64,000 nt of DNA from an uncultured Lachnospiraceae bacterium (GTDB taxonomy: Bacteria > Bacillota > Clostridia > Lachnospirales > Lachnospiraceae). The notes below the pieces were generated by a model. The model had not been told where the DNA came from and made no database searches. It saw only the letters and a list, made by a program, of their open reading frames with translations. The DNA lies in NCBI GenBank assembly GCA_947593655.1, contig CANQDS010000001.1, positions 3,081 to 67,080 on the forward strand, written 5' to 3'. Position numbers and translations under genes: made by a program. Positions 27,411 to 36,730 of the stretch are shown here, piece after piece (within the stretch, counting starts at the first letter, position 1; every line of letters begins with the position of its first letter).

Positions 27411-27527
27411 TTCATTCATACCGTTTATCCATGCTGTTCATCCATGTCGTTCATCTATGCCGTCCATCCACGCCGTTCATCCACGCCGCTCATCCACGCT
27501 GTTCATCCACGCCGTTCATCCACGCCG
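27411..27527 (-). repeat. 9 x 13-bp degenerate tandem repeat (sense CGGCGTGGATGAA) between trx and the sulfur-carrier RBS
   Basis: Units counted directly with period 13 and no spacers. Confidence 0.92.
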
Positions 27528-27841
27528 TTGCCTGCGGCAAGGAGCCTCGATAACGCTTCCTTGGAAACGACTCCCTGCAGACGCCCGGTTTCTTTTCCTT
27601 CATAAAAAGCCAGAAACGTCGGGGCTGCCGTAATCCCGTACCGTCCGGCAAGTTCTTCCTCATAATTGACGTTTACCTTATAAACGGATGCGGTTTCTTC
27701 GTTTTCCTCTTCGATCTCCCCGACGATCCCCGCCATCATCTTGCACGGGGCGCAGCTATCGGAGTAAAAATCCACCAGCACCGGTTTCGCACTGTGCAAA
27801 ACCAGCCCGTCAAAATTGTCCGCCGTAACTCTCTGTGCCAT
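27503..27841 (-). CDS. thioredoxin (CAPC active site)
   Basis: KPVLVDFYSDSCAPCKM, YKVNV, ITAAPTFLAF. Confidence 0.88.
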   Translation of the reverse strand: MAQRVTADNFDGLVLHSAKPVLVDFYSDSCAPCKMMAGIVGEIEEENEETASVYKVNVNYEEELAGRYGITAAPTFLAFYEGKETGRLQGVVSKEALSRLLAAGNGVDERRG

Positions 27842-27853
27842 GACGTTGCGCTC

Positions 27854-28099
27854 CTATTCTCCCGTTTTCCTTACGATCAGGGTATATGTTCCGTTGTCGT
27901 TCTCGTTCAGCTTTAAGATCTGGTGCCCCTCTTCCTTGATGCTTCTCGGTACGTTCTGCACCGGCTCGCCGTCATTCATAACCACCGCCAGAATCTGTCC
28001 GTCGTCCAGTTCTTCCAGCGCCGCTTTCGCTTTGACAAAAGTCACAGGGCAGACCACATCCGTAATATCTACAGTGTCATCTACGGTATAATCACTCAT
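27854..28099 (-). CDS. TusA/SirA-family sulfurtransferase
   Basis: VDITDVVCPVTFVKAKAALEEL...NVPRSIKEEGH. Confidence 0.9.
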   Translation of the reverse strand: MSDYTVDDTVDITDVVCPVTFVKAKAALEELDDGQILAVVMNDGEPVQNVPRSIKEEGHQILKLNENDNGTYTLIVRKTGE

Positions 28100-28955
28100 C
28101 ATAGGCCTCCTTCATCGCTTCGATAAATTTCTCTTTCCCGACCCGCTCGATCGTAAAACGGAAACGCTCGCCGGGATCGGCATAGTCGTCAAAAAACTGG
28201 ATCGCCGCATCCGTAACCCGGTAGAGCTGCTCTTTTCCGCTGATCGGCGGCAGCGGCGCAAAACCCGCGCTGATGTTGTTCCCAAAGGTTCCGCCGAAGG
28301 AAACGATATAAGCGGGCTGCGTTTCCCATGCATCGGCCGGGCAGGATTTCACACATCGCCCGCAGTCGTTGCACCGGTCGTAATCGACATGGATCCGGCC
28401 GTCCGTAAACGTAACCGCCTCCTTCCGGCAGGCCTTTACGCAGACGCCGCAGCCGATACAGGCATCTTCTTTCCATTCGACTTTCAATGCGCCCTTGATC
28501 CCGACGTCGTTTTCCTCCGCTTTCAGGCAGTTGTTCGAACAACCGGTCACCCCGAATTTGAATTTGTGCGGAAGCTCCCTTCCGAAGTACCTCTGATCGA
28601 GTTCCTGCGCCAGTTCCGAGGTGTCGATATTGCCGCTCGGGCAAATGCGGTTCCCCTGACAGGCCGTCACGGTCCGCACCCTCGGCCCGCACACGCCCGG
28701 CCGGCAGCCGCCTTCGGCCAGCTCGGCTTTCACTTCGTCGATGTCCTTTAACTTGATAAACGGGATCTCCACTCCCTGGCGGCTGGTCAGATGCACATAA
28801 CCCTCTCCGTATTTCTCCGCAACCTCCGCGATCTTGGCAAGGTTTTCGGCCGTAAGCGTCCCTCCTACGACCTGTAAGCGCAGAGAAAAGTTATCTTTCT
28901 GTTTCTGGCGCATGAATCCGCCTTTTTTCAAGGTTGTATAATCTACATTTGACAT
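28092..28955 (-). CDS. small siroheme-[4Fe-4S] sulfite reductase with inserted ferredoxin domain (AsrC-like)
   Basis: VHLTSRQGVEI, TACQGNRICP, KFKFGVTGCSNNC, two CxxCxxCxxxC motifs, GERFRFTIER. Confidence 0.85.
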   Translation of the reverse strand: MSNVDYTTLKKGGFMRQKQKDNFSLRLQVVGGTLTAENLAKIAEVAEKYGEGYVHLTSRQGVEIPFIKLKDIDEVKAELAEGGCRPGVCGPRVRTVTACQGNRICPSGNIDTSELAQELDQRYFGRELPHKFKFGVTGCSNNCLKAEENDVGIKGALKVEWKEDACIGCGVCVKACRKEAVTFTDGRIHVDYDRCNDCGRCVKSCPADAWETQPAYIVSFGGTFGNNISAGFAPLPPISGKEQLYRVTDAAIQFFDDYADPGERFRFTIERVGKEKFIEAMKEAYDE

Positions 28956-28981
28956 TTATTCTCCTCCGTTTCCTGCTTCTT

Positions 28982-30226
28982 TCATGCGGAAAGGACCGCA
29001 TTTTCAAAATCCGCTTTCAAATCTTTGATATCTTCGATCCCCACGCTCACGCGCACCAGATCGTCATAGACGCCGGACAATTCCTGTTCCGCGCGGCTTA
29101 AATGCGCGGCGATCGTGGATGCCGGATGAATGACCAGCGTCTTGGTATCGCCGATATTCGAGAGGATATACGGCAGCTTCAAAGCGTTGATGATCCGAAA
29201 CGCCCGTTCCCTGCTGCCTGCCCGAAACGTCAGCAGCGCGCCGTAGCGGCCGTGAAACTGCCTGTTCGCCAGTTCCCGGTCCGGATTCGCCGCCAGTCCC
29301 GGATAGTTCACCGTAATCCCGTGCCCGATCCCTTCTAAGAATCCGGCAAGCTCAAGCGCATTCGCACACTCCCGCTCCATGCGGAGGCCGAGCGTTTCCA
29401 GTCCGATGGTGTTTAAAAACGCATTCTGCGGAGCCAGACAGGCGCCCAGATTCCGGAACAGTCCGTTCCGGAGTTTGGCAGTATACGCCATTTTCCCGAA
29501 CCGGAGGTATTCCTTCATGCCCGGATAACGCTTGGCATCCCAGACAAAATTTCCGCCGCACACTAGAATCCCGCTGATCGCATCGCTGCTTCCGTTGATA
29601 TATTTGGAAGAAGAATGGACGACGATATCCGCGCCCAGCTCCAGCGGCCGAACCAGATACGGCGTCGCCGCGGTATTATCGATGATAAGCGGGATCCCAT
29701 GCGCATGGGCCGCGGCCGCCGTTGCCGCAATATCCGTTACGTCCAGTTTCGGATTCCCGATGGTTTCCGCAAATACCGCCCTCGTCTTATCCGTGATCAC
29801 TTCTTCATACGCCTCCGGGACATTCTCCGCGGCATAGCGGGTATGGATCCCGAACGCTTCCAGTTCTTCAAACAATTCCACCGTCCCGCCGTAAAGCCCC
29901 GGCGCCGCCGCGATCTCATCACCCGTCTGCAGGATATTCAGCAGCGCATTGGAAACGGCTGCCATTCCCGACGCACAGGCGACGGCGGCAATCCCGCCTT
30001 CGAGCTCCGTAATCCGGCGTTCAAATGCTTCCACGGTCGGATTATTGATCCTGGAATAAGAAAATCCCATTGCCTGATTGGCAAATATTTTCTCCAGCTT
30101 CTCCGCGCTTTCATGTGCAAACGCACTGGACTGGTATATCGGAACCGTCGTCGCTCCAAACGGGTAATCCGGCTTTCTCCCGTGCAAGAGCGAAGTATTA
30201 AATCCATAAGCTGTCATCTGGCTCAC
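28982..30226 (-). CDS. metY: O-acetylhomoserine/O-acetylserine sulfhydrylase (MetY family, PLP)
   Basis: PIYQSSAF, YSRINNPTV, ETIGNP, HSSSKY, NIGDTKTLVIHPAST. Confidence 0.88.
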   Translation of the reverse strand: MSQMTAYGFNTSLLHGRKPDYPFGATTVPIYQSSAFAHESAEKLEKIFANQAMGFSYSRINNPTVEAFERRITELEGGIAAVACASGMAAVSNALLNILQTGDEIAAAPGLYGGTVELFEELEAFGIHTRYAAENVPEAYEEVITDKTRAVFAETIGNPKLDVTDIAATAAAAHAHGIPLIIDNTAATPYLVRPLELGADIVVHSSSKYINGSSDAISGILVCGGNFVWDAKRYPGMKEYLRFGKMAYTAKLRNGLFRNLGACLAPQNAFLNTIGLETLGLRMERECANALELAGFLEGIGHGITVNYPGLAANPDRELANRQFHGRYGALLTFRAGSRERAFRIINALKLPYILSNIGDTKTLVIHPASTIAAHLSRAEQELSGVYDDLVRVSVGIEDIKDLKADFENAVLSA

Positions 30227-30246
30227 TCCTATCCAAATCTGTTACT

Positions 30247-30275
30247 ATCATAAACTCATAAACATACTTTGTCAA
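30247..30275 (-). promoter_or_regulatory. sigma-70 promoter of the metY...cysN operon
   Basis: TTGACA-17 bp-TATGAT. Confidence 0.8.
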
Positions 30276-30281
30276 TATGTT
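30261..30281. promoter_or_regulatory. putative Rrf2 operator 1 (spans the -35)
   Basis: AACATA-N9-TATGTT perfect dyad. Confidence 0.65.
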
Positions 30282-30346
30282 AGTATGTTTTTAGTGTATC
30301 AAACCGCGGACCGCAACATGATCTTCCCTTGCCGCAGGGCGAATGC

Positions 30347-30778
30347 TCAGATCACGTAATTGTCTCCGCTGCCGTGCTCATTGATCAGATCGGCGATCGT
30401 GATATTTTCCAGATAATCGTTGATGACTTTCTCCAGCCCTTCCCACATCCGGACCGTCCGGCACTCCGCATACCATTCGCACTGGTTCGGCTTTTTCTCC
30501 AGACATGTGACCGGAACCAGCGGGCCTTCCGTTACCTGTAAAATACTGCGCACCGTATATTCCTCCGCTTTTTTGGCCGGACGGTAACCGCCGCCCTTCC
30601 CCCGGAGCGAATACACAAAATCGTTCTTTTTCAATAACGAAATGATCGCCTCCAGATATTTTTCCGAAATATGCTGCCGCTGCGCAATATCCATCAGCGA
30701 AATGTATTCTCCGTTGTCATGCTCCACCAGATCCATGATCACCCGGATCGCATAACGGCCTTTTGTTGATATTTTCAT
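30347..30778 (-). CDS. Rrf2-family regulator (IscR/CymR-like, 3 Cys)
   Basis: MKISTKGRYA, ISEKYLE, RGKGGGY, CLE...C...C, C-terminal DNYVI. Confidence 0.95.
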   Translation of the reverse strand: MKISTKGRYAIRVIMDLVEHDNGEYISLMDIAQRQHISEKYLEAIISLLKKNDFVYSLRGKGGGYRPAKKAEEYTVRSILQVTEGPLVPVTCLEKKPNQCEWYAECRTVRMWEGLEKVINDYLENITIADLINEHGSGDNYVI

Positions 30779-30794
30779 ATACCCCACCTCCACA

Positions 30795-30815
30795 AACATA
30801 CTTTACCATAGGGTT
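30795..30815. promoter_or_regulatory. putative Rrf2 operator 2 (autoregulation)
   Basis: AACATA-N9-AGGGTT; shares AAACATACTTT with operator 1. Confidence 0.5.
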
Positions 30816-30880
30816 TATATATTTTTCAAGTAAAAATACGCTCGCAAAGGTTCGGCTCGTAATAGTTCAGCCTTACTAGA

Positions 30881-31957
30881 CTAGAATACCACCATATCCG
30901 TCTGCAGCGCCAGATTTTCCAGCGGGATTACTTCATTTCCGCGCGTGACGAAGATACGGTACAGAAAAACTTTCACCGCTTCCCCCGCCCTGATCGCCGG
31001 TTCGCCGGGATTGCGCTTCGCCGCCAGCACCGCATCGTTCACGCGGATGCGCAGCTCCGTCCGGTCGCCCCGGAAGGATACGCTCTCCACAATGCCTTCG
31101 GAAGCGGTTCTCTCGTACTGGATCTTCTCATCCTGCTTATAGACTTTGACAAACTCCGGGCGGATCAGCACCCTGTCCACATGATCCAGCTCCGCAAACG
31201 AGCGGAAATCATGGTAATCCGGAAGTTCTGCATTCTGCCCGAAAAAGGAGGCGGTAAACGCCGTCTGCGGATTGCGGTAGATCTCTTCCGGCGTTCCGAT
31301 CTGTTCGATATGCCCCTGATTCGTTAAAATGATCTCGTCCGCCACTTCGATCGCTTCATCCTGATCGTGCGTTACAAAAATGCTGGTGATCCCCAGCTTC
31401 CCGATCATTTCTTTCAGCCAGCTGCGCAGTTCCTGCCGCACCTTGGCGTCGATCGCCGCAAACGGCTCATCCAGAAGCAGAAGCTGCGGATTCGGCGCAA
31501 GCGCCCTCGCAAACGCGACTCTCTGCCGCTGCCCGCCGGAAAGCTGGTTCGGATAGCGGTTTTCCATTCCTTTTAAGCTGACCAGTTCGAGAAGGCTGTC
31601 TACCCGTTCCTTGATCTGTGCTTTCGGGATCTTCTTCACCTTAAGCCCCATCGCGATATTGTCATAAACGGTCATATAGCGGAACAGGGCGTAATTTTGA
31701 AAGACAAAACCGATCCCCCGTCTGCTGGCGGGGATCTCATTCACCACCTGCCCGTCAATGACGATGTTTCCGCTATCCGGCGTTTCCAGTCCCGCGATCA
31801 TGCGCAGGATAGTCGTTTTCCCGCTTCCGCTGGGTCCTAAAAGCGCCACCAGCTTTCCTTTTTCAATGGTAAAACTGATATTGTCCGACGCCTGAAAACT
31901 GCCGAAATGCTTGTTGATCCCCTGCAGTTCTACGTAATTTTGCATTGTATCAGCCAT
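30881..31957 (-). CDS. cysA: sulfate ABC transporter ATP-binding protein
   Basis: GPSGSGKT, FVFQNYALF, LSGGQRQRVA, LLLDEPF; TOBE-like tail. Confidence 0.94.
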   Translation of the reverse strand: MADTMQNYVELQGINKHFGSFQASDNISFTIEKGKLVALLGPSGSGKTTILRMIAGLETPDSGNIVIDGQVVNEIPASRRGIGFVFQNYALFRYMTVYDNIAMGLKVKKIPKAQIKERVDSLLELVSLKGMENRYPNQLSGGQRQRVAFARALAPNPQLLLLDEPFAAIDAKVRQELRSWLKEMIGKLGITSIFVTHDQDEAIEVADEIILTNQGHIEQIGTPEEIYRNPQTAFTASFFGQNAELPDYHDFRSFAELDHVDRVLIRPEFVKVYKQDEKIQYERTASEGIVESVSFRGDRTELRIRVNDAVLAAKRNPGEPAIRAGEAVKVFLYRIFVTRGNEVIPLENLALQTDMVVF

Positions 31958-32792
31958 AATGATTCCTCTCCTGCGATTTTTTCCCTTTATATTCCAAAAC
32001 GCTTCTTAACACCAGCACAACCACCGCCATGATGACCAGAAGCGAGGATACCGCAAAAGCGCCGGTAAAGTCATACCCCTGATACAAAAGTTCCACGTAC
32101 AGCGGCATCGTGTTGGTCTTTCCCCGCAGATGCCCGGATAAAACGGATACCGCGCCGAACTCTCCCATAGCCCTTGCCGTACACAGCACCACGCCGTACA
32201 ACAAAGCCCACTTGATATGCGGAAACGTGACTTTCCGGAAAATGGTAAACGCACCGGCGCCCATCAGCGCGGCCGCTTCCTCCTCGTCGGTTCCCTCTGC
32301 GGTAAGAACCGGGATCAGTTCCCGCGAAATATAAGGAAACGTGACAAAGATCGTCGCCAGGATCACGCCCGGCACGGCAAAGATGATCTTAATGTTCATG
32401 CGCTGCAGCCCGTCGTAGAGAAAGCTCTGCCGACCGAACGTCAGGACAAAGATCAGGCCGGCAATGACCGGCGAAACGGTCAGCGGCAGATCGATCAGCG
32501 TCGAGATGACCTTTTTTCCCTTAAAATGAAACTTGGTAATGCACCATGCGGCACACAGCCCGAAAAGCGTATTCACGCCGAGCGCCCACAGCACCGCTTT
32601 TAACGTCAGCAGAACCGCATCCAGCGCATATTCATCCGTGATCGCCGCCAGATAGGCGCTAAAGCCCTCCCGCAGAGCCGTCGCAATGATGTAGACCAGC
32701 GGCAGGATCAGCATGACGGTCAAAAACACCGCGCACAGCAGGATTAAAAAATACCGGAAAATCCGTCTGCTTGTCTTTTCTGTTTTTTCCAT
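31950..32792 (-). CDS. cysW: sulfate ABC transporter permease CysW
   Basis: DLPLTVSPVIAG, EEEAAALMGA, ARAMGEFGAVSV. Confidence 0.93.
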   Translation of the reverse strand: MEKTEKTSRRIFRYFLILLCAVFLTVMLILPLVYIIATALREGFSAYLAAITDEYALDAVLLTLKAVLWALGVNTLFGLCAAWCITKFHFKGKKVISTLIDLPLTVSPVIAGLIFVLTFGRQSFLYDGLQRMNIKIIFAVPGVILATIFVTFPYISRELIPVLTAEGTDEEEAAALMGAGAFTIFRKVTFPHIKWALLYGVVLCTARAMGEFGAVSVLSGHLRGKTNTMPLYVELLYQGYDFTGAFAVSSLLVIMAVVVLVLRSVLEYKGKKSQERNHYG

Positions 32793-32804
32793 ACATTTTT
32801 CCTC

Positions 32805-33650
32805 CTAGACGATCCCGCTGACCTTCTTTGACGCCCTGCTCTGGATAAAGGCATTGATCAGCAGGATCAGAAACGAAGCCAGCAGCATGACCAGCGCGAT
32901 CGAAGTCGCGCTTGCATAGTCATACTCCTGCAGCTGCGCCATGATCACAAGCGGAGCGATCTCCGTTTTAAAAGGCGTATTCCCGGCAATAAACACCACG
33001 CTTCCGTACTCTCCCAGGCACCGCGCAAACGCCAGGGTAAACCCGGAGAGCCATGCGGGAAAAATCTCCGGGAAAATGACCTTCCAGTAGGTGCGGACCG
33101 GACCAAAGCCCAAAATCTGCGCCGCTTCTTCATACTGGGGATCCATCTTCTCGAGCACCGGCTGAACGCTCCGCACGACAAACGGGATCCCGATAAAGAT
33201 CAATGCAATGATGATCCCGGTCTTTGTGTAAGCGATCCGGATTCCCAGCTTTGCAAACAGGCTTCCTACCCATCCGTTCTCCGTCGTCAGATGCGTCAGC
33301 GCGATCCCGGCTACCGCGGTCGGAAGGGCAAACGGCAGCTCGATCAGGCCATCCATGATCCGCTTCCCCGGAAAACGGTAGCGCACCAGCACCCACGCCA
33401 GGATCAGCCCCATGCCCGCATTGACCGCGGCCGCCGCAAACGCGGTCACAAAACTTACGCCGTAACTCGCCAGCACCCGCGGCCTCGTAATGGTCCGGAT
33501 CAGTTCCGCCGGTGAAAGCTGAACGGAAAAAACAACCAGCGAACACAGCGGAATGATCACGATCAGACCGAGAATTGTCATTGTGATGCCGAACGATAAA
33601 CCAAACCCCGGTATCACTCTTGTTTTTTTTGTGCTTTTTCTTTTCATCAT
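32805..33650 (-). CDS. cysT: sulfate ABC transporter permease CysT
   Basis: LPFALPTAVAGIAL, PFVVRSVQPV, FARCLGEYGSV. Confidence 0.94.
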   Translation of the reverse strand: MMKRKSTKKTRVIPGFGLSFGITMTILGLIVIIPLCSLVVFSVQLSPAELIRTITRPRVLASYGVSFVTAFAAAAVNAGMGLILAWVLVRYRFPGKRIMDGLIELPFALPTAVAGIALTHLTTENGWVGSLFAKLGIRIAYTKTGIIIALIFIGIPFVVRSVQPVLEKMDPQYEEAAQILGFGPVRTYWKVIFPEIFPAWLSGFTLAFARCLGEYGSVVFIAGNTPFKTEIAPLVIMAQLQEYDYASATSIALVMLLASFLILLINAFIQSRASKKVSGIV

Positions 33651-33677
33651 GATTTATTTCCGGCACTTTCCTGCTCT

Positions 33678-34769
33678 TTAATCCTGCTCTTCATAAATGC
33701 TGTCGAACAATCCGCCGTCGGCAAAGTGCTTTTCTTTCGCTTCTTTCCATCCGCCGAAGTGCTCAATATCCGTCAGCTCGATATCGGAAATGATCCAGCG
33801 CCCGTCCTCCGGAATTTCCGTAATGCTCTTGCTGTCCGTATCATATGTATAATCAGCCAGCACCTCCTGATCGGAAGGACGGTAAAAGTTCTGCGCCTCG
33901 ATCTCCTGTGCTTCTTTGGAATAGAGATAAGAGAGATATTCCTCCGCAACATCTCTGGTTCCCCGGTGATCCACCACTTCATCGACGACTGCAACGGTCG
34001 GCTGGCACAAGATCGATACGGACGGGATCACGATCTCATATTCGCCCGGATACTCCTGCAGGGACAAAAACGCCTCGTTTTCCCATGCCAGCAGCACGTC
34101 GCCCTGCTGATTCTCGACAAACGATGTGGTCGCCCCTCTTGCGCCCGAATCCAATACGACAACGTTCTCATAAATCTTTTTCATGTTTTCGAGGATTTCA
34201 TCCTCGCTCTGCCCCTGTTTCTCAAAATAGTACCATGCGGCCAGATAATTCCAGCAAGCCCCTCCGGACGTCTTCGGATTCGGCGTAATGATGCCGATGT
34301 CATCGCCAAGCAGGTCATCCCAGTCATGGATATTCTTCGGATTGCCGCTCCGTACCAGAAATACGATCGTGGAAGTATACGGCGAGCTGTCCAGATCAAA
34401 TTCCGAAGTAAAACCGTCTTCGATCAGCCCCGCATCCGCTACTGCCTGCACATCGCCCTCCAGCGCCAGCGTTACCACATCCGCTTCCAGTCCGTTGGCT
34501 ACCTCTAACGCCTGTTTTCCGGATCCGCCGTGAGACTGGGTAATGCTTACCTCCTGCCCCGTAGTCTCCTTCCAGTGCTCTGCAAACAACTGGTTATATG
34601 CTTCATATAGTTCGCGGGTAGGATCGTAGGAAACATTCGTGATCTCTACCGAATCCGCACCGCCTTCTGTGCCGGATCCACCGGAAGCACCGCTTCCTCC
34701 GCCGCACGCAGCCGTCTCCAGTGCCAGCGCAGCCGTCAAAGCCAATACCATCCATTTTCTCTTTTTCAT
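33678..34769 (-). CDS. sbp: sulfate-binding lipoprotein
   Basis: NVSYDPTRELY, QSHGGSGKQA, TPNPKTSGGA, AWENEA; lipobox TAAC. Confidence 0.94.
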   Translation of the reverse strand: MKKRKWMVLALTAALALETAACGGGSGASGGSGTEGGADSVEITNVSYDPTRELYEAYNQLFAEHWKETTGQEVSITQSHGGSGKQALEVANGLEADVVTLALEGDVQAVADAGLIEDGFTSEFDLDSSPYTSTIVFLVRSGNPKNIHDWDDLLGDDIGIITPNPKTSGGACWNYLAAWYYFEKQGQSEDEILENMKKIYENVVVLDSGARGATTSFVENQQGDVLLAWENEAFLSLQEYPGEYEIVIPSVSILCQPTVAVVDEVVDHRGTRDVAEEYLSYLYSKEAQEIEAQNFYRPSDQEVLADYTYDTDSKSITEIPEDGRWIISDIELTDIEHFGGWKEAKEKHFADGGLFDSIYEEQD

Positions 34770-34806
34770 CTTACATCTCTCCCTTTCCTCTTTGTATAAC
34801 ATATTA

Positions 34807-34827
34807 TACATATAGGTACTATATGTT
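34807..34827. promoter_or_regulatory. putative Rrf2 operator 3 upstream of sbp
   Basis: TACATA-N9-TATGTT, overlapping a minus-strand TATAAT at 34803-34808. Confidence 0.6.
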
Positions 34828-34861
34828 TTATGGGTAAAGAATATCCGAAAGCTTTTTCTTC

Positions 34862-35716
34862 TTAAGCTTCCAGATATTCGATTACGCTGTGAGCCGCAAT
34901 ATTGCCCTCGCCCACGGCCTTGGCATACTGATAAGGCCGTCCGGTACAGTCTCCTGCGGCGTAAACGCCGGGAAGGCTTGCTGCCATGCTGCGGTCAACC
35001 GCAATATGGCCGTTTTCCATCTTAAGATCCGAAAACAGCGTGCCGGGTGCGATCGAATCGCGCAGGCAGAACACCCCGTCCGCCTTCAGAATACTCCCGT
35101 CGTCCAGCCGGACGCCGCTGACGCGTTCCCCGCCCAGGATCTCTGCGGCTTTCCCGCTTACGATCGTAATGTTCTCCTGTTCAAACGTCCTCTCCATCCG
35201 GTACTGCGGCAGATAGTAAACATCCGCGGCCAGCTGCGCCAGATAACGCGCTTCGTGTTCAAAACGGGCGGAGCCGCAGATCACGGCGACGGTTCTGCCC
35301 CGGTATAATCCGCCGTCGCAGGTCGCGCAATAGCTGACGCCCTGTCCCAGCAGTTCCTGCTCTCCGGGGAGCGTATGAACCGCCGCGGTTCCGGTCGCCA
35401 GAATGACCGTTTCCGCCTCATAAAAATCCGCGCCAGCCATCAGCACGTAATGGCCGTTCATCGGCAGAACCGACGTAACCATCCGTTCCGTGATAGCAAT
35501 ATCCATCTCTTTGATCTGCGCCAGAAACGCTCTGCACAATTCCTCACCGGAAACGCCGGGCAGCCCCGGATAATTAAAAATGCGCTCCGCCTTAGAAATC
35601 TTACTGCTTAACTCTTTGCTCCCGATCCATATAAAATTCTTCTCGTGCACTTTTAAGTTCAGCGCGGCGGAAATCCCCGCCGCGCCTGTGCCTATGATCG
35701 CGGAATCGTAAACCAT
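34862..35716 (-). CDS. thioredoxin reductase-like FAD/NAD(P) oxidoreductase
   Basis: IIGTGAAG, GVSYCATCDG, GVYAAGDC, AVGEG. Confidence 0.88.
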   Translation of the reverse strand: MVYDSAIIGTGAAGISAALNLKVHEKNFIWIGSKELSSKISKAERIFNYPGLPGVSGEELCRAFLAQIKEMDIAITERMVTSVLPMNGHYVLMAGADFYEAETVILATGTAAVHTLPGEQELLGQGVSYCATCDGGLYRGRTVAVICGSARFEHEARYLAQLAADVYYLPQYRMERTFEQENITIVSGKAAEILGGERVSGVRLDDGSILKADGVFCLRDSIAPGTLFSDLKMENGHIAVDRSMAASLPGVYAAGDCTGRPYQYAKAVGEGNIAAHSVIEYLEA

Positions 35717-35728
35717 TCCCTGTCTCTC

Positions 35729-36667
35729 CTATCTTCCTCCGAATAACGGGGTGGATAAATACCGGTCGCCGGAATCCGGAAGCAGCACTACGATATTCTT
35801 TCCCTTGTTCTCCGGACGCGCCGCCAGGATCCGCGCCGCCTTCAATGCGGCTCCGGAAGAAATTCCCACCAGAATGCCCTCGCTGACCGCAAAAGCTCTT
35901 CCTTCTTCAAATGCATCTTCATTCTCGATCGCCAGGATCTCATCGTAAATCTTCGTATTCAGCACTTCCGGAACGAATCCCGCGCCGATTCCCTGAATCT
36001 TGTGCGCTCCCGAGATCCCTTTGGAAAGCACCGGGCTTCCCGCCGGTTCCACCGCTACGACTTTCACATCCGGATTCTGCTCCTTCAAATATTCCCCGAC
36101 GCCGGTGATCGTTCCGCCGGTTCCGACACCGGCGATAAAAATATCGACTTTCCCGTCCGTCTGCTCCCAGATCTCCGGGCCGGTCGTTGCTTTATGGACG
36201 GCCGGATTCGCCGGATTCACAAACTGTCCCAGAATCACCGCATCCGGGATCTCCTTCGTCAGTTCTTCCGCCCGCGCGATCGCGCCCTTCATTCCCTTCG
36301 CGCCTTCGGTCAGCACGAGTTCCGCGCCGTATGCCTTAAGCAGGTTCCTTCGCTCAACGCTCATCGTATCCGGAAGCGTTAAGATCGCCCGGTAGCCCTT
36401 CGCCGCCGCAACCGCCGCAAGCCCGATCCCGGTGTTGCCGCTGGTCGGCTCGATAATCGTCGCTCCCGGCTTTAAGATTCCCTTCTTCTCGGCGTCTTCG
36501 ATCATCGCCAGCGCGATACGATCCTTCACGGAACCGGCCGGATTTAAGTATTCCAGCTTCGCGAGCAGCGTTACATCCGTAATCCCCGCTTTCTTCGTAT
36601 AACCATTTAATCTTAACAGCGGTGTGCCTCCGATCAGTTCCAACGCGCTTTCTTTGATTTGACTCAT
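35729..36667 (-). CDS. cysK: cysteine synthase A
   Basis: [48 protein letters not shown]. Confidence 0.97.
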   Translation of the reverse strand: MSQIKESALELIGGTPLLRLNGYTKKAGITDVTLLAKLEYLNPAGSVKDRIALAMIEDAEKKGILKPGATIIEPTSGNTGIGLAAVAAAKGYRAILTLPDTMSVERRNLLKAYGAELVLTEGAKGMKGAIARAEELTKEIPDAVILGQFVNPANPAVHKATTGPEIWEQTDGKVDIFIAGVGTGGTITGVGEYLKEQNPDVKVVAVEPAGSPVLSKGISGAHKIQGIGAGFVPEVLNTKIYDEILAIENEDAFEEGRAFAVSEGILVGISSGAALKAARILAARPENKGKNIVVLLPDSGDRYLSTPLFGGR

Positions 36668-36691
36668 TGTGATTTCCTCCTTTTTCCTATT

Positions 36692-36712
36692 ATCCTATAT
36701 GTCCTATAGGTT
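36692..36712. promoter_or_regulatory. putative Rrf2 operator 4 in the cysK leader
   Basis: ATCCTA-N9-TAGGTT dyad between the promoter and RBS. Confidence 0.6.
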
Positions 36713-36730
36713 TATCTGGCTATAAAAGGC

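Noticed and set aside
27411-27527. CRISPR array
   Set aside because: Units are 13 bp, contiguous, have no unique spacers, and no cas genes are present
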